From Flavobacteriales bacterium (lineage in GTDB: Bacteria > Bacteroidota > Bacteroidia > NS11-12g > UBA955): a stretch of DNA of 64,000 nucleotides. Under the pieces are notes generated by a model. The model had not been told where the DNA came from. It saw only the letters and a list, made by a program, of their open reading frames with translations, and did not search any database. Below, piece by piece: positions 1 through 10,400 of the stretch. How positions within the stretch are numbered: position 1 is the stretch's first letter; each line of letters begins with the position of its first letter. Position numbers and translations under genes: made by a program. Location: NCBI GenBank assembly GCA_947463125.1, contig CANHQZ010000005.1, forward strand, positions 2,575 through 66,574. Reading direction: 5' to 3'.

Positions 1-1235
1 TCGAAAAGAAATGCATCGGACGTAGCATGATTTTCAAACCAGGCAGCCGGCAGGTTTTTATACTGATCGTGCGATACGGCAAGAATAATCCCATCGTATT
101 GACCGCAGGGCTCCGATGCAAGTCCGAAACCATATTCGTGCTTTAACTCCTCAGAACTTGCATAGGGATCAACCACATCCACATTGACAGAATAAGAAAC
201 AAGTTCATTTACCACATCCACAATCTTACTGTTTCGTATGTCGGCTACATTTTCCTTGAATGTGGCTCCCATTATCAGGATTCGGCAGTCTTTTACCACT
301 TTACCGCGCGCATTCAGTTTCTTAATGGCTTTCTGGGCAATGTGGGCAGGCATATTGTCATTGGTAAAACGGCCTGCTGCGATAACCCTTGGGTGTAACC
401 CCATGGCTTCGGCTTTATGCAATAAATAATATGGATCTACGCCTATGCAATGTCCGCCCACCAGCCCGGGCTGGTAACGGTGAAAATTCCATTTTGTGGC
501 TGCTGCATCGATCACGTCATAGGTGTTGATGCCAATTTTGTTAAAAATCATCGACAGTTCATTCATCAGCGAAATATTGACATCGCGCTGGGTATTCTCA
601 ATGATTTTTGCAGCTTCTGCTACTTTTATGGATGCCGCTTCGTACACGCCTGCAGTAATAATACTTGCATATAGCTTAGACACATTCTGCAACGCCTCTT
701 CATCGCTGCCACTCACAATTTTAAGAATTTTGGTCAGCGGCCGTTCTTTATCACCCGGATTGATACGCTCGGGAGAGTAACCCACCTTGAAATCGACACC
801 CATTTTCAATCCGCTGATTTGCTCGATTACAGGCACACAATCTTCCTCGGTGCAACCTGGATAGGTCGTACTTTCATAAATCACATAATCACCCTTGCTG
901 ATAGCCTTTCCCACCGCAGTGCTTGCGCCGATGAGCGGTTTTAATTCAGGTTCATTGGATTCATTGATAGGTGTGGGAACTGCAACGATATAAACACCAC
1001 ACTCTTTTATTACCTCAGGATTTGCAGTGAAAATAATATTTCTGCCTTCGAACTCTGAAGCATCAATTTCCTTGCTAGGATCGATACCTTTCTGCATCAG
1101 TTCTATACGCTCCTGATTGATATCGAAGCCTACTACCCTGAACTTACGGGCAAATTCAAGAGCTATGGGCAAGCCCACATAGCCAAGGCCTATTACGCAG
1201 ATGCTTTTTTGGCCTGAAGAAACCTGATCGAACAT
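1..1235 (-). CDS. Nucleotide-sugar dehydrogenase (UDP-glucose/GDP-mannose dehydrogenase family, VipA/TviB-like); the C-terminus runs off the window edge
   Basis: Edge-truncated minus-strand frame that is absent from the ORF track. My translation from the ATG at 1235-1233 gives MFDQVSSGQKSICVIGLGYVGLPIALEFARKF (NAD-binding GxGYVGLP motif) and later PGLVGGHCIGVDP (catalytic Cys region). Confidence 0.8.
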   Translation of the reverse strand, partial: MFDQVSSGQKSICVIGLGYVGLPIALEFARKFRVVGFDINQERIELMQKGIDPSKEIDASEFEGRNIIFTANPEVIKECGVYIVAVPTPINESNEPELKPLIGASTAVGKAISKGDYVIYESTTYPGCTEEDCVPVIEQISGLKMGVDFKVGYSPERINPGDKERPLTKILKIVSGSDEEALQNVSKLYASIITAGVYEAASIKVAEAAKIIENTQRDVNISLMNELSMIFNKIGINTYDVIDAAATKWNFHRYQPGLVGGHCIGVDPYYLLHKAEAMGLHPRVIAAGRFTNDNMPAHIAQKAIKKLNARGKVVKDCRILIMGATFKENVADIRNSKIVDVVNELVSYSVNVDVVDPYASSEELKHEYGFGLASEPCGQYDGIILAVSHDQYKNLPAAWFENHATSDAFLF

Positions 1236-1279
1236 ATAATTGAATGCAAAATTAAGGATGAAGAGCGCTAAACTGCGAA

Positions 1280-2782
1280 TTATTTCACTTCACCCATAAG
1301 TTTCCTCACCAGCGGCGATATGACGATAATCAAAATACCCGCGATTATCGCATACAGTGCAAATTGCTCATAGCCTGCTGAATATATTTCAAGTTTTTGC
1401 ACAGGGGTGGCATTTTCATCGGGTGAAATCCCCGCACCGAACAATCCTGCAATATACTGTCCATAGGCACTGGCCAGAAACCACATTCCCATCATAAAAC
1501 CCTGCAAGCGTGTGGTGGCAAGTTTTGTCATCAACGATAATCCAATGGGTGAAAGGGCAATTTCTCCCAGGGTTACAATCAGATAACCCAGCATAAAAAC
1601 ATCTCCTGAGGCAATTCCGCTACTTGCAAACATTCTGTTTATGCCAAAAATATAAAAGGCTATTCCCAGCAATAGAAATCCCAGACCAAATTTCACCACA
1701 CTGTTTGGCTCCAGTTTTCTTTTATGCATCCATATCCAAAGCAAACCCACCAATGGTGCGAGGGCAATTACAAACATGGAATTAGCAGAATTATTCACAA
1801 TATTGGGGTCAATGTTTAGTGAACCCCTATCCAGGTGCTCTGCTGCATAGAGGCTTAACGAACCTCCGGCCTGTTCGAAGATGGCCCAGAAAAAGGATGA
1901 GAAAACGATAAAAACCAAAGCTGCAGTGAGTTTCAGGTTTTCTGCTTTTTGCAATTTGGTCATTTCATATCCCAAATACAGCAAGCTAAAGGGTCCGATA
2001 AAGTACATGAACCAATCCGTGTACTGCGTATTTGACACCATTTTTATGATGACAGGTATACAGGCAAGCGCACCGATGTATACTGCGTAGGCATACCATT
2101 TTTTACCGGGTTCTTTATCGGTATCTATGGGAGCATTTCCGATGGGGCCTAAAGTTCTTCGCGCAAACGAAAAAACAATCAGGCTGATAAACATGGCAAC
2201 AGCCACAAGACCAAAGGCTACATTCCAGCGAAGATGTTCGGGAATGAAACTTCTTAGTATTTCGCCCTTCCCTACACCAATCATAAGGATACCTCCAAAA
2301 AATGCCCCAATATTGATTCCTGAGTAAAAGAGGGAGAATCCGGCATCCCGGCGATTGTCGTTGCTGTGGTAAAGCTGCCCCACCATTGATGAGATATTGG
2401 GTTTAAAAAAACCTGTACCTACTATGAGAAAAGCAATCCCCTGAAAGAAAAACGCCTTGGGATCCAGAGTGAGAATGACACTACCGGCAATCATCAGTAT
2501 ACCACCCCAGAAAAGCGATTTTTTAAACCCAAGTATTTTATCGGCAAACATGCCGCCTATAAAGGTGAATGCATACACCCAGGCTTGTGTGGCTCCATAT
2601 TGCAGGTTTGCGACATCCTTTTCCATAGACATCTGATAAACCATGAAAAATGTAAGCATGCCACGCATCCCATAAAAGCAGAACCTTTCCCACATTTCAC
2701 TGAAAAACAGGCTCCAGATCTGTTTGGGATACGCCCCTCCGAAGTTGCGTATGGATTCGAGTTGTTTGTCGTTATCGTTCAT
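1280..2782 (-). CDS. POT/PTR2 family proton-dependent di/tripeptide transporter (paralog 1)
   Basis: Polytopic membrane protein with the FSEMWERFCFYGMRG signature (ExxERFxYY). The ORF track extends to a GTG at 2800, but the ATG at 2782 (MNDNDKQ...) lies 1 nt after the upstream stop codon and is the more likely start. Confidence 0.9.
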   Translation of the reverse strand: MNDNDKQLESIRNFGGAYPKQIWSLFFSEMWERFCFYGMRGMLTFFMVYQMSMEKDVANLQYGATQAWVYAFTFIGGMFADKILGFKKSLFWGGILMIAGSVILTLDPKAFFFQGIAFLIVGTGFFKPNISSMVGQLYHSNDNRRDAGFSLFYSGINIGAFFGGILMIGVGKGEILRSFIPEHLRWNVAFGLVAVAMFISLIVFSFARRTLGPIGNAPIDTDKEPGKKWYAYAVYIGALACIPVIIKMVSNTQYTDWFMYFIGPFSLLYLGYEMTKLQKAENLKLTAALVFIVFSSFFWAIFEQAGGSLSLYAAEHLDRGSLNIDPNIVNNSANSMFVIALAPLVGLLWIWMHKRKLEPNSVVKFGLGFLLLGIAFYIFGINRMFASSGIASGDVFMLGYLIVTLGEIALSPIGLSLMTKLATTRLQGFMMGMWFLASAYGQYIAGLFGAGISPDENATPVQKLEIYSAGYEQFALYAIIAGILIIVISPLVRKLMGEVK

Positions 2783-2783
2783 G

Positions 2784-4400
2784 TCAGTTTTTAATAGCAC
2801 TGTTCAGTTTTTTCAGCATGGCAAAAAGCAGCAGCGCCGCTGCCAGCAATAAAAAGAAATTGACCCAGAAATAGGCTGCTTTATCCGTATATAAATCCCA
2901 CTGACTCGCAAGCACTCCGCTGAGTTTATTTCCGATGGATGTAGCCAGAAACCACCCACCCATCATTAGCGAGGTAAACCGCTGCGGGCTTAGTTTTGAC
3001 ACCAGTGAAAGTCCCATAGGACTGAGGAAAAGTTCGCCAATGGTAATTACGCCGTATGTACCCATCAGCCACCAGAAACTCACCTTTTCTGATCCATTGT
3101 TACCGGATTTTACCGCTGCCACCATCACCAGCACCGAGAGCGCCGAAACCAGCAATCCGAGGGCGATTTTGGTAGGAATGGCAGGCTCCCTTCCCTTTCG
3201 CCGCAGAAAAATGAAGAATGATACCACCAGTGGTGTTAGCAGTATTACCCAGAAAGGATTAAATGACTGGCTGATATTGGTGCTCCAAACGTACACCTCA
3301 GCATTTTCAGCCGGTTTAGTCTGTTCATTTTTGAAATAATTGGGATAATCGTATGCCATTACAAGCTTTCCTCCGGCATCTTTGGTTTTTCTAAACAAAG
3401 AATCAATTTTAGGAACAGAATCCTTAGCATAAGTAAGCTTCTTGGTTAGTTTCAGCTGGTTGAATACTGTTTGGGTTGTACCAGTTACGCTTCTATCGGT
3501 ATAATTATCAGCCCAGGTATTAAGGGCTGTCCCATTTTGCTTAAATACAGCCCAGAAAAGCACCACAACGGCAAAAATGATAAGCATTACACCCATGGGT
3601 TTCTTTTCATCCTCGTGCGATTTAAAATACAATGAGGCATAATAAACCACAACAGGAATACAGGCAAAAATGAAAGCATCCGTACTGTCACTGTCAAATA
3701 TTTTTCCGGGAATAAACCAGCCAATAACACCAAACAACAATGATGGCAGCAAAACGATGGCCATTATTTTCCCGATGCTCATATCACCCGGGCGTGGCTC
3801 TACCCGAACATCAAACTGCTTGTAATGCCGGGTTCCTGCCATAAACACAATTACACCAATAAACATGCCCACACCGGCAGCAGCAAAAGCGGCACTCCAG
3901 CCGATGGTTGTATACAGTGCTGCACCGAAGAAATTACAGATAAATGCACCTATATTGATACCCATATAGAAAATGTTATACCCCTCATCCTTTTGGTGTG
4001 CATTCTCCGGTGTGGAATACACATTGCCCAGCAGGGTTGAAATATTGGGTTTAAAGAATCCGTTGCCAATAATGACCAAGGTCATCGAAAAGTACAATGC
4101 CGGCAATGAATGTATTCCCATTAAACAATAACCCACACCCATAAACAGTCCGCCCAGAATGATAGAACGGCGGTATCCGAGGATTCTGTCTGCTATCAGT
4201 CCTCCAAGGAATGGCGTAAAGAACACGAGTGCGATAAAGGTTCCGTAGAGGTTGCTAGCATCTTTTTCATTCATCTGAAATCCGTCTTTAACGTCTTTCA
4301 GATACAGCGTAAAGATGCCAATCATAAGGTAGTAACCAAATCTCTCCCACATTTCAGAGAAAAAGAGAAAAGGCAAAGCAGCAGGATGTTTTTTGAACAT
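2784..4400 (-). CDS. POT/PTR2 family proton-dependent oligopeptide transporter (paralog 2, with a large central extracytoplasmic insertion)
   Basis: Contains FFSEMWERFGYYLMIG and the GNGFFKPNIS motif. It is 538 aa long, with a hydrophilic insert of roughly 90 aa between the helix bundles. Confidence 0.9.
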   Translation of the reverse strand: MFKKHPAALPFLFFSEMWERFGYYLMIGIFTLYLKDVKDGFQMNEKDASNLYGTFIALVFFTPFLGGLIADRILGYRRSIILGGLFMGVGYCLMGIHSLPALYFSMTLVIIGNGFFKPNISTLLGNVYSTPENAHQKDEGYNIFYMGINIGAFICNFFGAALYTTIGWSAAFAAAGVGMFIGVIVFMAGTRHYKQFDVRVEPRPGDMSIGKIMAIVLLPSLLFGVIGWFIPGKIFDSDSTDAFIFACIPVVVYYASLYFKSHEDEKKPMGVMLIIFAVVVLFWAVFKQNGTALNTWADNYTDRSVTGTTQTVFNQLKLTKKLTYAKDSVPKIDSLFRKTKDAGGKLVMAYDYPNYFKNEQTKPAENAEVYVWSTNISQSFNPFWVILLTPLVVSFFIFLRRKGREPAIPTKIALGLLVSALSVLVMVAAVKSGNNGSEKVSFWWLMGTYGVITIGELFLSPMGLSLVSKLSPQRFTSLMMGGWFLATSIGNKLSGVLASQWDLYTDKAAYFWVNFFLLLAAALLLFAMLKKLNSAIKN

Positions 4401-4432
4401 AAGAATAAACGCAATATTAAGCTTTAGCGCAT

Positions 4433-4462
4433 AAAAAAAGCCGGAATAATCCGGCTTTTTTT
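4433..4462 (-). terminator. Rho-independent (bidirectional) terminator after POT paralog 3
   Basis: Stem agccgga/tccggct with loop ataa, flanked by an A-run and a T-run. Confidence 0.7.
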
Positions 4463-4480
4463 ATAAGAAAATCAGGTCTT

Positions 4481-5995
4481 TTAATTGATTCCGTGCATGC
4501 GCTTCTTCAGAAAGTTGCTCATCAAAAACAGAATAATGGCTGCTATGCCGCTTAGCACAATGAATACCATAAAGAAATCATACAGGTTATTGATCTGGAA
4601 ACCTGCAATGCTGGGCATCTCTGCACCGGCTTCTGCCCCATTTTCACCTGCTCCGGGAGGAATAAGTGCACTCAGCGTTCCGGCCAGTTTATTGGCACAG
4701 GCATTGGCCAAAAACCAGGTACCCATCAGCAAAGAAGAGAATCTGGCAGGAGACAATTTGCTAACCATAGACAAACCAATAGGTGATAAACACAGTTCAC
4801 CCATGGTATGAAGTATGTATAGGGCAATCAGCCACCACATACTCACCTTTACCGAACTATCCACACCATTTACGGCAATAGCAATCACAACATAGCCAAG
4901 GGTTAGTAACGCCAGACCCCATGCCATTTTCATGGGTGAAGAGGGTTCCATGTTTCTTTTGTGCATGGTTCCCCACAATATGCTGAATAAAGGAGCCAAA
5001 ACGATTATCCCAAGTGGGTTAATGCTTTGAAACCAGGAAGCGGGCATTTCCCAGGTACCCACCATTCTGTCCGTCTGTTTATCAGCAAATAGTGTCAGAG
5101 ATGCCCCTGCTTGTTCAAATGACATCCAGAAAAAGATAACAAAGAAACAAAGTATGAAAATCACACCAATGCGGCTTCGCTCAACACTGGTAAGGGATTT
5201 GTCAGTCATAATGATCAGAGGCATAATAATCAGCGCTCCAAATATGAAGTAGCCAATTACATCCGCATCTGTATCCACAATCGATTTCAGGTTCAGCATT
5301 AAAAAGATGATACCGGTAGAACCAATAATGGTGATGATGCTCATCAAGTCTAGTTTCTTCACCGGCATGCCCAAATCCTTGCCGTCATGGCCTACGAGCA
5401 GTTTACCTTTATACAACCAAAAGCTGATAAGGCTGATTACCATACCGATACCAGCCGCAAGAAAACCCCATTTAAAATCTACCTTTTCGGCCAGTGAACC
5501 GCAAACCAAAGGAGATAAAAAAGCACCGAGGTTAATGCCCATGTAAAAGATGGTAAATGCTGAATCTACCCTTCTGTCGCCTTCTGGATAAAGATTACCA
5601 ACCATGGTAGAGATATTGGGTTTGAAAAAACCGTTTCCAATGATGAGCAGCGTAAGACCGGCCCACATGAGCGTAACAGCCATGCTGCCTGTTGTGCTCG
5701 CACTGAAAAAGAGGATGAACTGCCCAATGGCCATCATAAGTCCTCCAATTTCGATGCTGCGCCTGTTGCCCAAAAAACGGTCGCTGAGATAGCCGCCCAG
5801 TAAGGGTGTTAGATATACCAGCCCGGTATAGCTTCCGTAAATGTTGGAAGATTCTTTTTCTGAGAGCAGCAGTGCCTTAATCATGAACAACATGAAAATG
5901 GCGCGCATTCCATAATAGCTGAAACGTTCCCACATTTCAGTAAAGAACAGTAGGTACAATCCTTTGGGATGACCTTGTGAAGCATTTGTATTCAT
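4481..5995 (-). CDS. POT/PTR2 family proton-dependent oligopeptide transporter (paralog 3)
   Basis: Contains HPKGLYLLFFTEMWERFSYYGMR and the GNGFFKPNIS motif. A hairpin terminator separates it from paralog 2. Confidence 0.9.
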   Translation of the reverse strand: MNTNASQGHPKGLYLLFFTEMWERFSYYGMRAIFMLFMIKALLLSEKESSNIYGSYTGLVYLTPLLGGYLSDRFLGNRRSIEIGGLMMAIGQFILFFSASTTGSMAVTLMWAGLTLLIIGNGFFKPNISTMVGNLYPEGDRRVDSAFTIFYMGINLGAFLSPLVCGSLAEKVDFKWGFLAAGIGMVISLISFWLYKGKLLVGHDGKDLGMPVKKLDLMSIITIIGSTGIIFLMLNLKSIVDTDADVIGYFIFGALIIMPLIIMTDKSLTSVERSRIGVIFILCFFVIFFWMSFEQAGASLTLFADKQTDRMVGTWEMPASWFQSINPLGIIVLAPLFSILWGTMHKRNMEPSSPMKMAWGLALLTLGYVVIAIAVNGVDSSVKVSMWWLIALYILHTMGELCLSPIGLSMVSKLSPARFSSLLMGTWFLANACANKLAGTLSALIPPGAGENGAEAGAEMPSIAGFQINNLYDFFMVFIVLSGIAAIILFLMSNFLKKRMHGIN

Positions 5996-6055
5996 AGCGT
6001 GTGTTTTGATTCGGCTAAAATAGAAATTTATTCGCTTTGTTCAGCAATTTATTCA

Positions 6056-6088
6056 AATAAAAAACCCCACATTACTGCGGGGTTTTTT
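6056..6088 (-). terminator. Rho-independent terminator after porV
   Basis: aaaacccc...ggggtttt hairpin flanked by A and T runs, immediately downstream of the porV stop at 6104. Confidence 0.7.
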
Positions 6089-6103
6089 AAATATTTTCAA
6101 TGA

Positions 6104-7303
6104 TTACTCTTTGTCAGAAAACGCTCCCATATCAAACAGCAGAGAGAATCTCAGCTGATTTTGCAATGGATGTCTGCGGGCAAACGGAACCAGCATGGCC
6201 AGGTCAATGGAAACTTTCTGGTATTTCAGTCCGAGTCCAAAGGTGGCATATTGTCTTCCACCTTTGTTTTTGTTCTCGTAGAACGCCCCTACCCGCGCTG
6301 CGAATTTGTTGTCATACCAGTATTCGGTACCAAAAGAGCCGGTCCATTCGTTCAGTTCTTCAGTCATACCGCCGGGAGCGTCATAAAAGCTTTGAATCAT
6401 ACCCTGAATAACACTCACATTGGGATCGTTGCCAATATACTGTCTTACACCATTAATAGCAGAATCGCTTCCATCATAGCCTACGAGGTAAAAAGGACGT
6501 GTAGGTACGAGAAGCTTGTTAACATCAGCATAAACACCAATTTTATTGTACTGGTCAATTTCATATTTCCAGCCAGCACCCAGTTTCAGGTTGGTTGGAA
6601 TAAAATCCCTTTGCTCACGGGTGGTGTAGGTCATTTTTGCACCAATGTTCTGAATATTGACACCGAAGTTAAAATCAGATGATTTACCTCCCTGCATTTT
6701 AATCTTGGTCTTATATAATAGGTTCACATCACCTGCACCTGATACCCCTGCTTTGGTATTGGCACCATTAATTACCCTGTTGCCAGCAATGTTGGAATAA
6801 ATGAAACGCAGGTTAACACCCATACTGAATTTTTTGCTAAAGCGGGTTCCGTAACCTCCTTCAACACTAAATTCATTGGGATTGAAGTTTCCAATAGGAT
6901 TGCCTTCAAAATCAGTAAAATTGATATTCCCCAGCGAAAAATAGCGAATGGCACCACCAATAACCGAGTTGCCGTTTTTGGATTTTGAATATCCTGAGAG
7001 ATAACTAAATCCCACATCGGAAACCAGCTGCCTAAGCCATGGGGCGTAAGAAAGTGCAAATCCTGATTTTTTATCGGCATTCACCAGGTTACTCATATTC
7101 CATGACACACTGTTTGCGTCCGGGCTAAATAATGCTACACCAGCATCACCCAGGCCAGCAGAACGGCTGTCAGGGGTGATGGTAAGAAATGGAACCATGG
7201 TGGTAACGGTGTTCAGCTGTCCGGCCAGATCGCTCTTGCTGATTTGCGCTGTGGATGCGCTTGCCGCTGCACCAATCAATAGTAGAAGTGATACTTTCTT
7301 CAT
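6104..7303 (-). CDS. porV: T9SS outer-membrane shuttle protein PorV (LptO)
   Basis: Has a signal peptide (MKKVSLLLLIGAAASASTAQ), the PorV-typical ITPDSRSAGLGDAGVA motif and beta-barrel repeats, and sits directly downstream of porU. The start at 7303 is preferred over the ORF-track start at 7366 because a consensus -7 promoter lies at 7318-7325. Confidence 0.85.
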   Translation of the reverse strand: MKKVSLLLLIGAAASASTAQISKSDLAGQLNTVTTMVPFLTITPDSRSAGLGDAGVALFSPDANSVSWNMSNLVNADKKSGFALSYAPWLRQLVSDVGFSYLSGYSKSKNGNSVIGGAIRYFSLGNINFTDFEGNPIGNFNPNEFSVEGGYGTRFSKKFSMGVNLRFIYSNIAGNRVINGANTKAGVSGAGDVNLLYKTKIKMQGGKSSDFNFGVNIQNIGAKMTYTTREQRDFIPTNLKLGAGWKYEIDQYNKIGVYADVNKLLVPTRPFYLVGYDGSDSAINGVRQYIGNDPNVSVIQGMIQSFYDAPGGMTEELNEWTGSFGTEYWYDNKFAARVGAFYENKNKGGRQYATFGLGLKYQKVSIDLAMLVPFARRHPLQNQLRFSLLFDMGAFSDKE

Positions 7304-7317
7304 AAAAGGAAGTTTGG

Positions 7318-7325
7318 CAAAAATA
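7318..7325 (-). promoter_or_regulatory. Bacteroidota -7 promoter motif (TAttTTTG) upstream of porV
   Basis: The minus strand reads ctaTTTTTGcc, an exact TAnnTTTG match, 14 nt upstream of the ATG at 7303. Confidence 0.5.
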
Positions 7326-7412
7326 GGGTTTTGTTTCTGAATTGTGTGGTTTGATTTTGAATTCATGGCATGAATCTCGCAATAACGTATTTTTCTTCGT
7401 TTTATTGTTACA

Positions 7413-10400
7413 CTATCGTACTATTTTCAACATCTTCCCTGAAAAAGAAGTAGCCGATTTACCGGCACTTAACCTTACCCTGTACTGATAAACTCCCGGC
7501 GGAAGTTCCGATGTGCGGAGCTGTGGATCAGGTGCACTGAAACCGGTCCACGTCAGCCGCACCTCAGTGGCGCTGGCTCCCGGTATTTCTTTCTGAAAAC
7601 GGTGCAGAACTTTACCGGTCATGTCCATTACCTCCACATCTGCCTGAAGATCCCTGCCCGGCATATTGTGGGTAAAACGCAAGGCAACATCATTATTAAA
7701 CGGATTTGGAAAAGCGGCATGCGCATAAACAGCTACTTCCCCTTCTCCTACCGTAAAAGTTGTAGATCCTTCGCCTGAATTGTTAAAAATATCCCACACC
7801 TTCACCAGAATGGTATGTTTGCCCGGCGCAAGATTTGCTAGGGGCATCCGTATGCTGCCCGAACGGTATGAGTTAAGATTGTAACTAAAAAAATCATTTA
7901 AAATAAACGTTTTTTCATTGGGTGTTCCTTTGTCCAGTATGGCCAGCATATCCCTTCCTATGCCAGCGCCGGTTGCATTTAAGCCATCGTCATCTTGCAC
8001 TTTCACGAGCAATTCTGTTTCAGTCTGCACCTCTCCGCCCGAAACAAACGTTGTATCATTCATATATACCCTAACCGAGGGTCCTTCAGATCCGGGGTTT
8101 ACATTGGGTTCACTGCCACCGATTTTCACCCGAAACCCACCTGCTGCATCTGTTTCTCCGTTGTGGGCATACAGCAGAATTTTTCCGTAATCAACCTGGT
8201 ATGCAATGTCTTTGGGCGTAGCAAATACGATTTTAAATTCTCCATTGACAACAGAAACGGTTCCCTTGAAAATAAAACTGCTCTGATCTTTATAGGGTAT
8301 CGGTGCTCCGATCTGGTCATTCACAAGCGTTTTTCTTACGGTAGGCTTATCAAGAACCTTTACCCATAATTGTCCATTGAACCCATTAAACTTCCCTTTC
8401 AGCCTCTCTTCAATATGGCCTTTAATTTCAACCACCCCAAAAGCTTTAAGCGTGTCGGAAAAACCAGTCGCTGACTTTTGGTTGATTGAGTCCAGTACAA
8501 CTTTGTGTTTTGGGAATGCCAGCGGCATGGACGGATCTCCCAGCAGGGCAAATTTGTTGTCCTCAGAGGTTACATCCTGGCGGTTTTTCAGGCGGCGGAA
8601 CACATCGCCAAGTGTGGGTATCGGTTCATTGGGTTTAGGAAAACCATAATTGGTCCAGAAATCATTATTAATAGCCATATTGCCCGACACAAAAACCAGC
8701 CTTGTAGTTGACATGAGTGCTATCGGCCCGCCATTGGGGTTCAGCAATGCCAGCTCTCCTGCACTTTGTTCGCCCGGGTCGTCATACAGGCTAAATTCAC
8801 AGGTAGCAGTAAACATCACGGGCATTTTCCAGCGATTTTTCCACCCATTTATCATGGATACATCCAACATAGCCTCCTGTGCCCAGCCTGCAGGTCCGCC
8901 ATGTCCCTGATAGTTCATGAACAGGCAGCCTTCTTTCAGGGAACGGTCAATTGCCTGGTTAACGTCGGGGTATTTCTCTGTATTTCCGGTCGAAACCTGG
9001 GTAAATGCATCAGAAAACAATTTAGTTACCGATAAGTACGGGTGAACCGAATCAATGTACTGGGCATACCGTTCACTTTCACTCGTAAAAACAGTTTCCC
9101 AGGATATATCTACATCATCGGTTACATATGTAAGATTGGTACGCCAGTCGCCCAGGCTTCCCGGAGCATCATACCGTGCAAGTTTGTCTACCATTCCTTC
9201 TGCCTCTGCTGCTGTTCTGCAGGGAATCCGTCCTACTGAAACCCACAACTGGTTTTTGCCCCTGGCCGGGTCTCCAGCCAATGAGTCGAGGTACCCGAAA
9301 AAATCATCCAGACAAAATGTAACACCTTTGTTGTGCGCATCGTACTGATAGGTTGGGATAAAATTGGTGTTCCCTTTTACCCTGTCCTTCATATCATAAC
9401 TGGCAGCACCCATCAACAAAACAAACCTGAGTGGCTTAACTGATTTCAGCGACTTTAAATAAGTGCACCTGACAAAATCGCGGATTGCAACTAAATCCTG
9501 CTGCGAGGTACTAAACTGCTTGTAAATATCCTGAACATCAGCTACCTGAACCGTATATCCCTGGTTTTTGCTTCGGATTTCTGCAAGCCTGTTTGCGGCG
9601 GCCGTAAAACTGCCGTGGGTTATAATAAGCATCTCCGGCGCATTGTTTTGGAGCAAATCTGGACCAGTAATCACACCCAGTATTTCAGGTCCTGGAATAT
9701 TTACGGCTTCAAACGCCACAAACATTTTTTTGGATATTCCGGGCCCGGACAACGATTTTCTATACGCTCCCTCCTGAATAATATCCTGTGCCAGCGGATT
9801 AAAAGGATCACTAACATTCCATACCGACTGAGGTTTGCTCAACAAGTCGGTTGTAATCCTGATTTCCGCCGCACTGATGTCTTTAAAATCACGGTTTCTT
9901 ATGATGACAGGCCCCTGAGCTGTATTAATCGGCATTTTACCGCTTACCTCTATAAAATTAACCCAGGCACTGCTTTTTGCATTTGGCCTGTTTAAGGTGA
10001 ACTGCGTGAATAGTTTTTTTCCCGGCGCAGTTAACTTAAAAAAACGCTCCTGAAGATCAAAAGCAACATATTCTATATTGATAGGAGCGAATGAAAACAC
10101 ACCATTTACATTGTTTACCGAATAATTAACAGATCCGGCTCCTTCCTGAATGCCACCGGCAACCGAAATTCTCACATTAACCGAATCCTCAGCCAGTGCA
10201 GGTAGGTTTAAGTCAATCGACCGGTTTAGGGTTTCGTTGCCCAGTTTTTCGCCTAGCCACGTTCTGCCCATGTGAATGGGATTTTCAAGATCTTTTTCAT
10301 GAAACAACACCCATTCGGTTTTATCTACGACTACAGCCGCAGCGCCCTGATAAGAGCTATTTGAGATACGTTTACCCGGAGAATTCCCAAATCCCGCGTA

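Noticed and set aside
4693-4708. Sigma-54-like TGGCAC-N5-TTGG sequence
   Set aside because: It lies inside POT paralog 3 on the antisense strand and mismatches the -12 TTGC element. No sensible downstream gene follows it.
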